The translations under genes and the position numbers were made by a program. The notes under the pieces were generated by a model. The model had not been told where the DNA came from. It was given only the letters and a program-made list of their open reading frames with translations, and ran no database searches. A DNA stretch of 64,000 nucleotides from Azolla caroliniana (taxonomy: Eukaryota; Plantae; Polypodiophyta), in NCBI GenBank assembly GCA_043228905.1, contig JBHGNT010000007.1, positions 10,974,001-11,038,000 on the forward strand. Reading direction: 5' to 3'. This document shows, piece by piece, positions 36,351 through 50,916 of this stretch. The first letter of the stretch is position 1. The number at the start of each line of letters is the position of its first letter.

Positions 36351-37635
36351 ATACCTTTCGTTTCGGTCTGTTCTTTTACCAGAGACCCGAATTTTCCATT
36401 CTTCTTTGGGACGACGACAATCAAACTTAGCCATGTAGCTTGTTTTACCGGTCGGATAAAACCAACCCTCAACAGCTTGTCGATTTCTTCTTTGAATCTC
36501 GTTGCATACTTCGGGTTCATTTTGGCGTACTTGCTGAGGTGTATTTGATGTTGGTATAGTTGGGGATCCAGCCCTCGCATATCTTCCTATGACCAGGCGA
36601 ACACGTCTCGAATCTTTAAGGAGTTCAATTGTTGCTTTCTTCTCCTCCAAGAGCATTTCCTTTGCCACATACACTGCTTTTGGTGTGTCACTAGTCCCAA
36701 GGTCCACCTCTTCTAACTGAGATGCCTTCACTCGTTGAGATACCGCCATTTCTCGTTCCAATGATTCTTGTGTTTGTCGTAGTTCACGGATCGCCTCCCG
36801 ATCTAGCTCCTCAAGGACTTCCTCTGAGTGCACGACGTACGGTGTGATGGCTTCGGCGATATCTACTTCAAAGAATGGAACTATCTTTGGGAGTTCATCT
36901 AGGTACCGGTCGACTTCGTTGTCTGTTAACCCGTCTAACATGTTTATGCTCTCTGCATATAGCAGTGTTAGCTCCTTACTAGTACCCGCACGTGGTTGGG
37001 TTGGGACCCTTACCTTCATCTTTCCGCTACGAAAGGTAATGATGTTCTTCTGCCAATTTTGCTTTATATGCGCAATCCTTAACCATGGGTTGGGACCCAA
37101 CCTGGCTCCTCAAGGACTTCCTCTGAGTGCACGACGTATGGTGTGATGGCTTCGGCGATATCTACTTCAAAGAACGGAACTATCTTCGGGAGTTCATCTA
37201 GGTACCGATCGACTTCGTCGTCTGTTAACCCGTCTAACATGTTTATGCTCTCGGCACATAGCAATGTTAGCTCCTTACTAGTACCCGCACGTGGTTGGGT
37301 TGGGACCCTTACCTTCATCTTTCCGCTACGAAAGGTAATGACGTTCTTCTGCCAATTTTGCTTTATATGCGCAATCCTTAACCATGGTCTCCCTAACAAC
37401 AAGGGATACGCTCCCTGCGTGTTGAGTTGCAGGACTATCGCGGATATCAGAAAAACATGCCCCCCGATTCTAATCTCCAAGTTCCGGATGACTCTGGTTG
37501 GCCGAACCGAACTGGTATCCGCCATACGCAACCAAACCAGGCATGACTCCCATTATGTGATACCAAGGTTGTCGCAGGTTCATTGGCTTATCACGTTTAC
37601 TCTAGAACCTCCATCCACAATTGTTCCGGTTATTT

Positions 37636-40600
37636 TGTTGAGAGACAAGCTCAACATCAGCCGGATCGGCTGAGCAAGCCGAGGACCGGATCGGTTGGGA
37701 CAGATCGGTTAGGCCGGACCGGTGCGTAAAACGGATGCGTAAACCGGTACGCAAACCGGTGCATAGGAAGGCCATATCAATGCATAAACCTAAAGGCCGT
37801 TAGAGAGATATTCCTCGTAAGGATTAGTTTTGGGAGTAAGAGTCGAGGCTCATTTATGAGCAGTCAAGTACTGTCAGTACTTGTGTCAGCCCGATTGTCA
37901 GGGCTTGTATAAAAGTGCTCACTGAGCACATCCTATGTATAGATTGAGTATTATCTTTTTGAATTAAGTTCTTGTGTTTTACTCTCTCTCTCTCTGTCTC
38001 TCCCGTGCGTACTGTGCAAACCTAAGCTTTCCATTAAACCTGCGTTTTTTGTTGTTCGGTTCTCTATATTGCGTCCGCACGGAATTCTTTACATGGTATC
38101 AAAGCGCGAGGGTTGAGAACCTCTACAGTCGACTTTGCTTGAAGGAAAAACCAACGAAGAAGAACAAGAAAACCGATGGACAGAGGAATGGCTAGCTCGC
38201 TTCCGACGGAGAAGCTATACAGAAACAACTACGCGTCTTGGTCTTACAAGATGCACTAGTACCTGCACGGACACGGTTACTGGAGCTATGTCGATGGAGC
38301 AAATGACACAGCACCCGATTCGACACACAAAGACTTTCCGGCGTGGGAACAATCGACGAGCAGAGTGTTGTACTCTTTCGCGTCTTGTGTGGGTGAACAA
38401 CTAGTAAGCTACGTTCGGGATGCAAAAATGCCGAAGGGTGCGTGGGAAAATCTGAAGAAGATTTTCGCCACGAGCACCATAGCTAGGAAACTTCAGCTCC
38501 GACAAGAGTTGAGCAACCTACGGCAACGCGATTTGTCGGTGGCTGACTATACCTCGAGGATTAAGGACATATGCGACTCCTTAGCTTCCATCAATGTGAA
38601 CATCGAGGAAAGCGAGATGGTCCAGGTCTGTCTCGGGGGTTTGGCGTCGAAGTTCGGGGTGTTCCGAATTGTTGTGTGTACCCGGGAGAATACGCCGTAC
38701 TTTTTCGACTTACAGTCAATGCTCCTAGTAGAGGAGAACCACGCGGGTGCGTCAACGAGCATGCACACCAACAGCAAGATGTTGTACACGGAGGGAGATA
38801 GGCCCCGTGGTCGTGGCGGACGAGGCGAGTCGGTACGCAATGGAGGAGACCAACGGGATCAAGGAAGAAGGCACCGAAAAGATGCTAACAGCAATTCCGA
38901 ACCCTCCGGAAACAGGGGGAGTCGAGGCGACGAGAACCGGCAAGGGAAATCCGCCGCGGAATGTTGGTATTGTGGCAAGAAAGGCCACAGGGAGAGCGAG
39001 TGCTGGACAAAGCACGTCGATTTGGAGAGAACCGGGTCCGGAACAGGTTCAGGACAAACCGACAAAGGAAATCGGCAACGATCGCACTACACCGAAGGAT
39101 CCGGAGAAGCCGGAAAAGGGTCAGTCTTCGTGACGAGACACGAAGAAAACTCAATGAAGCAGACCACCCCGAAATCGGACAAGGTGTGGTACGTCGACTC
39201 TGGCACGTCAAATCACATGACGAGCCATAAGGAGTGGTTCTTGTACCTTGAGAAACCGACGCAACCAGGAGTAGTCGCAACCGGAGACGACACTCCGCAT
39301 TCGATCGCAAATATCGGTGAAGTTCCCTTGAGCCATGTCGGGCAGAAAGGGAAACTCATAAACGTGCTACATGTTCCGACAATCACGAAGAACTTGGTGT
39401 CGGTCGGGCAGATCATCGACCAAGGGATGCAGGTTAGGTTTACACCCCTCGGGTGCTTCATTGAGGAAGAAGGCCGTGTTATTGCGCAAAGGCGCAGAGA
39501 TGGGAGGATGTTCATCCTCGACTCTACTGACGGTGGCACCGCAATGTTCACGAAGGGACAAAAAGTTGAGTCGGACATCGACTTATGGCACAAGCGGATA
39601 GGCCATGTCAACTACCAGTGGCTTCAAGACCTGCAATCGAAACAAGTGGTGTTCGGATTGCCCAAATTTAGTGGCCGGAAGGCACAAATTTGTGAAGACT
39701 ACCAGCTTGGGAAGCAACACAGACTTCCCTTCCCCAACGAGTGTAACCGGAGCCGGAACAAGCTCGACTTGATACACTCCGATGTGTGGGGGGCGGCACA
39801 AAACGTTAGTCTTGGCGGGAGCCGATATTTCGTCTCCTTCATCGACGACTACACGCGGCACACGTGGATCTACCTCATTAAGAGGAAGACCGAAGTCTTC
39901 GACTTTTTTCAGGACCTCAAAGGGTTCGTGGAAACGGAAACAGGAAGAAAGATTAGGTGCTTGTGTTCGGATGGCGGAAAAGAATACTTTTCCAGCCAAT
40001 TCAACGGTTATCTACAACATATAGGAATTCGGCGCGAATTCAGTTGTAGATATACGTCAAAGCAAAACGGCGTGGCCGAGAGGAAAAATCGATCGGTTGT
40101 GGAAGCGGCACAGGCAATGTTGGAAGAGAAGAGCTTGCCCAAGTTCTACTGGGCAAAGGCGGTAAGGACCGCGGTATACATCCAAAATCGGATCGGAGAA
40201 AAAGTGTCGGTGCACGAGCTATACTTCGGAAGGAAGTTGAACCTGCGATACTTACGAGTTTTCGGTAGCATTGCATATGTGCATGTGCCGAAGGAGAAAT
40301 GGAGGAAGCTGGATGCAAAGGCCGAGAAATGTATCTTGGTCGGTTACTCGGACGAGCAAAACGGTTATAAGTGTTACAACCCGCGCACCAAACAAGCGCG
40401 CGTGAGCTGCGACATTGTGTTTGATGAGTCCGCGTCCTGGTACTTGCCTCCGACTCCAGATCTCAACTCCAATCCGAGCTCTGACGATGAGGTCAGCGAG
40501 ACTAAGATGCCTCTGAATGAGCCTGAAATCGGGACCCGCGAAGAGAGTCCGATTTCGTTTCAGTTAATTGGACCGAATGGACGACTGAGTTGGTTTGACC

Positions 40601-43418
40601 AATCTGATGAAGAGCCGGTGAGTAGCGGAGACTCGGCCGTGTATTCCCCGCGCAAGAAGCCGAGGAGACGGCTTAAGTGCAAAGAGAAAGGGAAGAAGAA
40701 GGTATCAGATTCCGAAACAGATAGAAACGAGTCAGACTCCGAGGGAAGTGGTGACGGGTCTTCAAGAGCGAAGTCCGTGTCGGCCGAGAAGACCTCGACA
40801 TCAGCTAATGACCGATTACACCGATCTACCCGCCAGAAGAACCAAGTTGTGCGGTTCGATTACAACGAGTACATGGCGCATCACTATGCGTACATGACCC
40901 GTGTAGTGGAAGTGCGTGAGCCAGAGAGCTACGCAGAAGCGGCTAAGGACGCGAATTGGCGCGCCGCGATGGAGGAAGAGATGCACTCATTGGCGGAAAA
41001 CGAGACATGGGACCTGGTTGACGCACCGAAGGGTGTGAAGCCGATCAGATGTAGGTGGGTGTACAAGATCAAGTACAACACCGATGGCTCGGCCAACCGA
41101 TACAAGGCCCGGTTAGTAGCAAAAGGCTACGCGCAGAAACACGACATCGACTACGATGAGACTTTTGCACCGGTCACGAAGATGACGACCATCCGTGTTT
41201 TGCTCGCAGAAGCTGCGGCAAAGGGGTGGCACTTACATCAGATGCATGTAAAGAATGCGTTCTTGCAAGGTGAGCTTGAGGAACAGGTGTACATGGTACA
41301 ACCGCCCGGATTTCACTCCGGAACGAACATGTCGGCAGTGTGCCGATTGAAGAAGTCCCTTTACGGACTGAAGCAAGCCTCGCGTGCTTGGAACACGAAG
41401 ATCACGTAGCAACTGCGTTGGATGGGCTTTGCAACGTCAAAATCGGACTCTTCTCTATTTATCCGGAAAGGTCGACTCGGTTCAGCCAGTATTTTACTAT
41501 ATGTTGATGACTTGGTCATCACCGACGCCGACCTAGGTGAAATCGACCGCGTGAAGCTCCAGCTTGCGGCATCATTCAACATGAAGGATCTAGGGGACCT
41601 TCATTACTTCCTCGGGATCGAAGTGATCCGCACCCCCGAAGGCATACTGATCAGCCAACGTCACTACGTGCTGAATGTGCTCTTCAAATTCGGGATGGAA
41701 GACTGTAAGTTCGTCTCGATTCCTCTGGATAGAACCGTCAAGCTTCGCCCCAATTCTGGAAAGGTGTGCGACCCGACGAGGTTCCGACAAATTGTCGGAA
41801 GCCTTATTTACTTGACAATCACCCGACCTGATCTTAGTTATCCGGTCGGGGTGATCAGTCAATTTATGGCGCGACCTACTGAGGAGCACCTTCAGTGTGC
41901 GCAACGCGTACTACGGTAAGTAAGCGGCACTACGGACCGGGGACTGCTATATCGGACCGGTACAGCCCCGCAGTTGGTCGGCTACACTGATGCCGACTGG
42001 GCCGGCAACGTCGCCGATCGCCGATCCACGTCCGGATACGCGTTCTCTCTTGGGAGTGCCGCGATAGCGTGGAGTAGCAAGAAGCAGCCGACAGTTGCGT
42101 TGTCGAGCACCGAAGCCGAGTATAGAGGAGCGGTTGTCGCGACATGCGAAGCCATATGGTTGAAGTGGCTACTTAAGGACCTGCAAGAGGAGGTGTCCGA
42201 TCCGACGACGATCTACTGCGACAACCTCAGCAGCATCCAGCTCGAGAAGAACCTCGTTTTCCACGCACAGACCAAGCACATTGAGGTGCACTACCATTTT
42301 GTCCGTGAGCGTGTCTGGTGAAGTCGTACTTTAGTATGTTCCGACAGATCGGCAAGCCACCGACATCTTCACCAAGCCCCTTGGTCTGGACAAGTTGTTG
42401 CAGTTCTCGGGTGAGCTTGGGTTGTGTCACCTCGACGTGCCAAACTTGAGGGGGAGAACAGTCTCGAAAGACCAAGCAAGGGAGCAGGAAGGGAGCGGAA
42501 AAGACCGTGATGCCAGGTCGGATGACGAATTCGACTTCGGATCGGCTGAAGAAGCCGAGGGCGGACCAGAGTCCAAAAGCGGACATAAGGGGAGCAGCCG
42601 AACGGATGAGCCGAAGCCAACCAAGCATGGGGCAGATGACGCCGTCAAGGACAAGAAGACTGAAGACGAGTTGGAGACAGCCAACTCGAGCGAGAGCGGA
42701 AACCGATCGGAGGTAGCCGATTCGGTTCGGATGTTTGATTCGGATACACTAAATCAACCAAGGGCCAAGCGGAGAAGAAGGCAACAGGAGAAGCGCCAAC
42801 ACCGCGATAGCAAGGGAGCTGTGAAGGGATGTGGGAGCATACAAGCCGACCGGAAGGGTCGAAGCGCGTGGACTCGAACAGGCCGAGGAGCGCGAGCGAG
42901 GCGTGGAGCTAGGAGGAACCGGAGCGGTGATCCAGAAGATCCCGAAGAGCCTCAAGTTGAGCTTGAGGGGGAGTGTTGAGAGACAGGCTCAACATCGGCC
43001 GGATCGGTTGAGCAAGCCGAGGACCGGATCGGTTGGGACCGATCGGTTAGGCCGAACCGATGCGTAAACCGGTACGCAAACCGGTGCGTAGGAAGGTCGT
43101 ATCGATGTGTAAACCGAAAGGCCATTCGATAGATATTCCACGTAAGAAATAGTTTTGGGAGTAAGACTTGAGGCTCATTTATGAGCAGTCAAGTACTGTT
43201 AGCACTTGTGTCAACCCGATTGTCAGGGCTTGTATAAAAGTGCTCACTGAGCACATCCTATGTATAGATTGAGTATTATCTTTTTGAATTAAGTTCTTGT
43301 GTTTTACTCTCTCTCTCTCTGTCTCTCTCGTGCGTACTGTGCAAACCTAAGCTTTCCATTAAACCTGCGTTTTCTGTTGTTCGGTTCTCTATATTGCTTC
43401 CGCACGCAATTCTTTACA
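37636..43418 (+). mobile_element. Near-complete Ty1/copia LTR retrotransposon
   Basis: LTRs 37636-38093 and 42974-43418; TSD TATTT; PBS TGGTATCAAAGC 38094-38105; PPT GAGGGGGAG 42965-42973; inserted just before the protease DGG of gypsy-3. Confidence 0.97.
38176..42973 (+). pseudogene. gag-pol polyprotein of the copia (few stops/frameshifts)
   Basis: 1014-aa ORF 38365-41409 plus flanking pieces; [45 protein letters not shown]. Confidence 0.95.
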
Positions 43419-46400
43419 TATTTCTTTTTCTTTCATGATAGTCGTTATTGCCGGATTGTTAGTGTCCACTATTGTCGGTCCTTCCTCTAGGTTGGAGAAT
43501 AAAGCCGGTGTCGGCTTCGAGTTTTGTGGCGATATCACCGATTTGAGTCCTTCCGTAAATCGAGGGACTAACTGTAATAAGTGACTTAGTGGTAGCATGA
43601 TATGAAATTCTTGTAACGCATGCCAGGTCGAGTCATCATTTGTGGTCTCTATTGGTGTTTTCGGAGGTTTGGGTTGTCGTCACAGCTCGGCCGTGTTCCA
43701 TTCATTGACCGTTTGTATCCATTCGGTAGCCCACTTTCAGATGGCCTCCTGAGTTTCCCACTCGGTAGTTTTCCCTTTAGCTCTTGTGGTGACTTGCTAA
43801 ATGTCAGTTACCTCTGTGGTTACCATATTCATGGCCGGCTTCTTTTCGTTGTTCTTGCCCGGGCACTAACTACTATAATGTCCTTCCTGCCGGTAGTAGT
43901 AGCAGTAAACCCTCCAGTTATTACTTGATTCTCCTTTCTCCATTGTTCCTTGCTTACTACCGGAATTCATCCAGTTGGTTTCCTCCAACCTCCGTTGCTC
44001 CGGTTGGGGGACTGGGACAATCGTTTCTGTATTCATCTCCCTTCAGTATTCTCTCGTTGGTTCCCAACCTTCTTCTCGGTGATTCTTTCCCTTACGATCA
44101 TGGCGGCGGTGGTTCCGGTTCCCTTGGCGTTCCGGGTACCGTCTATCCTGATTTGGGTACTCCCGTCATTCTGGGTATCTTCTGTCATCTCTTCTACGAT
44201 TATAATCTGGGGAGTAGTCGCGATTGTAACGCTCTCGATTGTAGTTTCCTCCTCGCTAGTAGTTGCGGTCATCGTCGTAGTCCTGTCTTCTTTTGATGTC
44301 GTACCGGTCCCTTTGTTCCAATCGATATCGTTCTTCCCACTGGAACCATCCCTCTTCTAGTTGTTGTTGGCTCTAGGGCTCCATATGTCAGACCGGTGCC
44401 GCTTGTCGATTGAGTAGGTTGTACTCATACCGGTCCATGGTATGGGTCCACATTGTGCACTCTAACGTCGAGTGACCGGGGTTGAGGCACGTTGTACATT
44501 AGACTGTCTGTCGAAACCATAAGTCCTCTTCTTTGGGTAGTGCTCGTTGTAGGGCTCCCATCGCCATGTGATTGCTATTCTGGGCCCTATCCATTTCTAG
44601 CACCCGGTCGACGACTTCATCCATGGTGCTTGTCCGGAAGTCGAATATGGTCAGCATCGTTTGTAGTGGTTCCCGGAGTGCGGCTAGAAAGACCGCTTTT
44701 GCCTCGTCTTCCCGAGGTGCCCTTGTCAGTTCGTTGCGAGACTAGCCCATTGGATTCCTAATAGATGGTATAGAACTGGTTGACTAGCTCCCTTTGCTCC
44801 ACCTTTCGGTGAAACAACCGTAGGAATTTATCCTACAATGCTTTGAATGTGGCGAAGCTCCCGGGAAGGTGCATTTTGTGCCACTTTGTTGCTGGTCCCT
44901 CCAATGTCATCCTGAATTCTGCTATCTTGGATCGTTCGACCTCTGCTTCTGTCAACCGGTGCGAGACATGGTTCGCTTCCCATATCTATAGAAAAGCATA
45001 GACATGCACTTCTGCATCCGGTTTGTCCCGGTACTTTATGTATGGGTATGGCATGGTGTCATCGGCGAAGGGTAGTATTGGGGGTGGTGTCGGTTTCCGA
45101 TCCTCTTTTTTTTCCGACTTCTGGTTCAGTGGTGGCGTTGGTATGCGATCGCTCGTTTTCCCGAATTGCTGATGCAGTGATGTATTGATACGTGCTCGGC
45201 CTTTTCCTCTGACTGTTGGTCTTGGTTTGTTTCGTGGTCCCGCGGTGTGGGTAATGTTGTGTCTACTTTCGGTGTCAATGTGTGCTCTGAACCGTCTTCC
45301 ACCGGATTGTCCGGGGTGTTGTGATTGCTTCAATAATTTGATTGCATGCTATGCTCGTTGTCCGATTCCAACTCAAAGTTGGAAAAGGCTTCCGATTCTC
45401 CGGCTCCTATGGCGAGAGTGTGCAATATCGATTCGACATGTCATAAGCTACTCAGGCTACTGCCTTCGTCAGTATATTGTTGGTTCTACAACCGGAGTGA
45501 CTCCTCCGTGACACGCCAAATCGTTCTGGGAAACGGTCCTGTTGGATCTCCTCGGCCTCTTGCTAGTAGGCCTCCCATCTCTACAGTCTCTCGGCTAGTT
45601 CTCTCTCTCATTCGGCGACTAAGTCATTTGTCGGTCTAGTCATCCATTCTCCAATGTTCACTGCGCTCTGCAGGAATTGTGGTCACCAAAATTGTGTTAT
45701 TCTTGGACCGGACTAGCCACGAGTTTATGTTGACAACGAGGTCGTAGACGAGGAGTGCGGAAAAGGTGAATCATCGATGAGCAGAGGAGATATCAGAGGA
45801 GAGGAACACCAAGGTCGATTGAGCGCACCCGAATCGATAGAGTGCTTGGTGTATACGAAGAGATAGGAGTAGGTATTAAGAAGAGGGGCAAGGGTAGGGG
45901 ATTAACATACTAATTGAAAAATGAAAAAGAGGGAGAAAGGGGAAGGGGGGTGGCGGCTAAACACAAAAACTAATAAAAACATAATAAACCTAAGATTAAA
46001 GATTAAAAACGAGATTAAAACATAATAAACCTAAGCTTAAAGATAAAAAACGAGATTAAAAACCTAATTAAAGTTTAAAAAGTGGGGTAAGGGGAAGGGA
46101 AGGGATTAACATAAAAACTAATAAAATGATTAAACCGTAAATAATAATAATCATCATATATAACCCTAAGTGTAACACAAGGTAATGGGAGGGATAGGAC
46201 GGATTAACCTATTAGTTAAAAATAAGTTGAAAGAGAGAGAGAGAGAGGGAGAGAGATTAAAACATAATAACACTAAGATTAAGGATTAAAAACGAGATTA
46301 AAACATAATAAACTTAAGATTAAAGATAAAAAACGAGATTAAAAACCTAATTAAAGTTTAAAAAGTAGGGTAAGGGGAGGGGAGGGGATTAACATACTAC

Positions 46401-46646
46401 TTAAAATGAAAGAGAGAGGTACCATTTACAGCTAAAAAACGAGATTAGGACATAATTAAAAGGGGGAGGGAGAGATAAAACATAAGTAAAAACATAATTA
46501 GAAAAGGAATAGAGAGAGAGAGAGAGATGAAACATGTAATTATCATTAGGGAAAATTACATTGGGTTTTTGGTGGGTGGGGGGGTGCATGGTCTTACGTA
46601 ACCGGCAAACTAGTTTCGCCCCGAAGGGCTCATCAGTGCCATAACA

Positions 46647-49600
46647 ACCTAATTGGAAGTACCTCTATCCGACGAGGTACTTGCTTTGATGTTTCTCGGT
46701 TCCCTCTCAGGTAGTTGGGAGACGCTAGTTGTCACCTTGGGCAACACCGGGCCGGAAGGTAAACAAACACCTATCCCTAGCAAGGGTAAAATCAAGCTTG
46801 TTGGATGAAGAATCTCACTGGAAAGACCGTGAGTTCGGAGCCGATCCGAAGGCCTTGGTTACAAAAGATGACATTAACCGGGGAAGAGGCCGGAATCAGA
46901 GCCCCCAGAACCGAGACAAATCGGGGATGAGGTTGAAGTCAAGAGGGACGCCCACCTATTTCTATTGCGGGAAGTCGGGGCACTTTCAGAAGAATTGCCG
47001 ACACTTCCAGAAGGAGAAAGGAACCGCCAATGCCGACTCAAAGAAGGGTCCGGACCGGAGAAGTTCGAATCAGAAAGGAATGTCGGCAATCACGACAAGC
47101 GAGGAAGAACTATTGGCTCATCACCGAGGAGAGCGAGCTACATCTTGTCAGCGACAAGATGACATGGGTTGTCAATTCCGAAGTGTCGTTCCATCTAACC
47201 CCCGACCAGAAATGCTTCCCATCATACAAAGTCGGAGATGATGGTTGTGTTCGGGAAAATGAAGATGCATGCCAAATTGTCGGCATAGGTGACGTGTTGC
47301 TTACAACGTCAACCGGGTGTAAGTTGTTGTTGAAGGATGTCAGACACGTTCCAGAGGTTCAGTTGAACCTTATATCAGTCGGTCGACTAGATAATGAAGG
47401 CTACACGGGTAGCATCCGGAACGGAGTCATGAAGTTCAGCGAAGGGAGCCTAATCGTGGCCCAAGCCCGAAAGATCAACACGATGTACTTAATGCATGCC
47501 CGGATTTTCCGGGAGGAAGTAAATGTGGCATCCGACACTGCCGCTGAGTTGTGGCACAAGAGGTTGTGCCATATGAGCCAAAAGGGAATGCAGAGACTTG
47601 TCGAGGACAACCTCATTCCAGAGGTGAAAAACGTGCAGCTTGAGAGATGCACCGACTGCTTGGTCGGCAAGCAAAACCGAACCTCTTTCCGGACAAGGCC
47701 ACCGACAAGACAAAATGCTCCACTAGAACTTGTCCATACCGATGTATGCCAAGTGGACACGAAGTCACATGCCAGATCCTAGTACTTTGTGATGTTAATA
47801 GATTACCACAGCCGGAAGTTGTGGTTCTCACCACTGAAGACGAAGGGCCAGGTATGATCCGTTTTCAAGGAATTCCACGCGAGAGTGGAAAGGGAAACTG
47901 GTTGGAACCTAAAGGCGGTTCGAGCAGACAACGGAGGTGAATACCGGGGGTAGTTCGAGGAGTACTACTGGTTGATGGGAATCTGGCTCGAATTCACCGT
48001 GCCGAAGACATCGAAACTGAACAGACTATCCGAAATGATGAACCGTACTTTGATGGAGAGAGTCTGAAGCATGCTTGCTCAAGCCAAGGTGTCCAAGACG
48101 TTTTGGGTTGAGGCGTTGATGACGGCAACATATGTCGGGAACTCACCGCTCCTTATACGCAACGCTCGGCCACAACCGAGCTTCGAATCATACACAGAAA
48201 ATAGGAAACGGAGAAACTCGACACAAAGGAGAGAAAAGGTGCACAGAATGTTTAACGTGGAAAACCCAAACTAAGGGAAAAACCACGACAGCCCACAGGC
48301 TGCAAACTATCACTATGTTGGAATGTACAAACTGTGGGTTCACGGAGGCAACAACCTCGTGCTCACGATCTTCGCCACAGGCGGCGGTTACAACAGAGGC
48401 AACGACCTCTTTCTCTCACTCTCTCTCTCTGTACACTGTTACGTGCTCTCTCTTCTTCTTGCACCAACAAGAAGTGACAACAACAACAACAACGATTATC
48501 ACTAAAAGTTTGCCCTAAGTCATATTTATACTAATATGACTTTTCGGCTATTTACAAATATAGCCTCGATGGACTCTCAGAAACATATTTACGAATATGT
48601 CTCTTCATCCGGTTCTCACCGGGTCTGCACCATCCGGCTCTCCGTAGCCGATTACTCCTCATCCGGATCTCACCGGGTCTGCACCATCCGGCTCTCCGTA
48701 GCCGGGTACTCCTCATCCGGCTCTCACCGGGTCTGCACCATCCGGCTCTCCGTAGACGGGTACTCCTCATCCGGTTTCTCTGTTCTTCTCTCTTCCCATC
48801 CGGAGGGACCTGTCTCCCAACAACAAACGTGATAAACAGATCACCCTTAGCACCCTTGGATGGAGACACACCACAGAGAGTATGAACCGGTAAAGACGTG
48901 TCTTACCGGCATCTGAAAGTGTTCGGTTGTCTATCCTACGTACACATAGCAAAGGACAAGAGAGCGAAATTGGATCCGAAGTCCCGGCCATGCATATTCC
49001 TTGGATATTACAATGATGAGTTCGGCTACCGAGTGTGGGACTTGTTCTCATGGAAGACAAGACTATTGTCGACTGGGAGTCAGAGAAGAAGATAGAGGAC
49101 TCTGGATCGACCGATAGAGATCGGTTGGAAGATGCAAGGACACATCTGGTTGGAAGTCGGATGTCATCCAAAGATCATGATGGACCAACTGGACTCGGAC
49201 AAGAAACCGAACCGATCGAAGAGGAAGAAGAATCAAACATCGGGACCGCAGAAGACCCCAAATCAAATTTGGATGAAGAACAAATGGAGGAACCAGTGGC
49301 GAGAACCAAGGGAGAAGAAGATATCCTCTCAGGGAGAGAAGAGCCCCCAGAGATTTCCGGACACAAAGCATGTGTTGTTGACCGACAAAGGGGAGCCGGA
49401 ATGTTTCGAAGAAGCAAAGAAAGACACCCACAGCCGCAAGCGGTTGAGTGCCATGCAGGATGAGATGGATTCCTTGCATGAGAACCACACATATGAACTA
49501 ATGGAGCTGCCAAAATGAAAGAGAGAGCTCCGGAACAAGTGGGTGTACAAGTTGAAACCAGGAGACGCCAGAAATCCACCGAGATACAAAGCTCGGATCA

Positions 49601-50916
49601 TGGTGAAGGGCTTCCATCAGAAGAAAGGAGTGGATTTCGAGGAGATCTTTGCCCCGATAGTAAAGATGACATCCATCCGGACTGTGTTGAGCATTGCGGC
49701 AAGCATGGACCGCGAGGTTCTTGCACGGTGACCTCAAAGAAGAGATCTACATGCAACAAACGGAGGGGTTTGTCAAGAAAGGGAAGGAGCACTTGGTATG
49801 CGGTTGAAGAAGAGCTTATACGGACTAAAGCAAGCTCCTCGGAAATGGTACCAGAAACTTGACTCCTTCATGACCGATCAGGAATACCACAAAACGCAGG
49901 CCGACCATTGCGTATTCGTGAAGAAATTTGATAGAGGCGACTTCCGGATACCCCTGTTGTATGTGGATGACATGTTGATCATTAGACCGGACCGGATCAA
50001 AATCGGAAATCTAAAGAAGGCCTTGAACCAGACTTTCTACATGAAAGATTGGGATCCGGCGAGACAGATATTGTGGATCCACATAGTCCAGGACCAGATG
50101 AAGAAGCTATTGTGGCTGTCACATGAGAAGTATGTGACGAAGGTGCTCCAATGATTCAACATTTCGGATGCTAAGACGATCGGGTCGACACTTACCGGCA
50201 AACTGCAAGCTGTCCGGGAAGTAGAGCCCGAAGACAAAGACGGAAAGGTCAAAGATGATGAAGGTACCATATGCCTCTGCCATCGAAAGCTTGATGTACG
50301 CAATGGTGTGTAATCGGCCGGATACCGGATATGCAATCGGAGTGGTCAGCCAGTTCATGAGCAAGTGGATACTCCGATACTTGAAAGGCACCTCGAGTAT
50401 GTGCCTCCGATTCGGCTGAAGTAAACCACAACTTGAAGGAATTATGGATTCAGATGTGTCGGCTAATGCGGATACCAACCGGTCTACATCCTGATCTGTC
50501 ATGACTTATGCAGGGGGAGCTGTATCGTGGCAGTCGAGGCTGCAGAAGTCCGTTGCACTGTCGACAACGGAAGCGGAGTACATGGTGGTTGTAGAAGCCG
50601 GTAAAGAGTTAATCTAGATGAAGGACTTCATCGAAGAGCTAGGGATCCGGCAGGAGGAATTCCAGCTCCACTACAATAGTCAAAGTATCATCCACCTCGT
50701 GAAGAGCACAGCCTACCACTCCCGGACAAAGCACATCCAGAGAAGATATCATTGGCTCCAAGAGAAGGTTGAAGATAAAGAGTTCTTGCTGATGAAGATT
50801 CATATGGAGGAGAATGGGTCGGACATGATTACCAAGGTGTTGTCAACCGACATCTTGGACGTATGCTGAAGACGGATTGGATTGACGAGACATCCCATGC
50901 CGGAGTGAAGGGGGAG
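46647..50916 (+). mobile_element. Decayed Tnt1-like copia (mid-gag to PPT)
   Basis: Collinear with copia-B; ends with GAGTGAAGGGGGAG PPT; family LTR absent afterwards. Confidence 0.9.
48133..48822 (-). mobile_element. Solo LTR of the Tnt1-like copia family, inserted antisense into a relative
   Basis: TG...CA ends; TSD ACATA/ACAAA; homologous to 13667-14363; 54-bp U3 repeats. Confidence 0.92.

Larger units (their letters stand above)
36370..46646 (-). mobile_element. 3'-truncated gypsy-2-family element (gypsy-3): 5' LTR, PBS, gag, PR and start of RT
   Basis: Homologous to 17820-20400; LTR 45695-46646 (TGTTA...TAACA, internal repeats); PBS 45673-45688; ~300-bp tandem duplication in 36800-37390; abuts copia gag at 46647. 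Confidence 0.85.
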
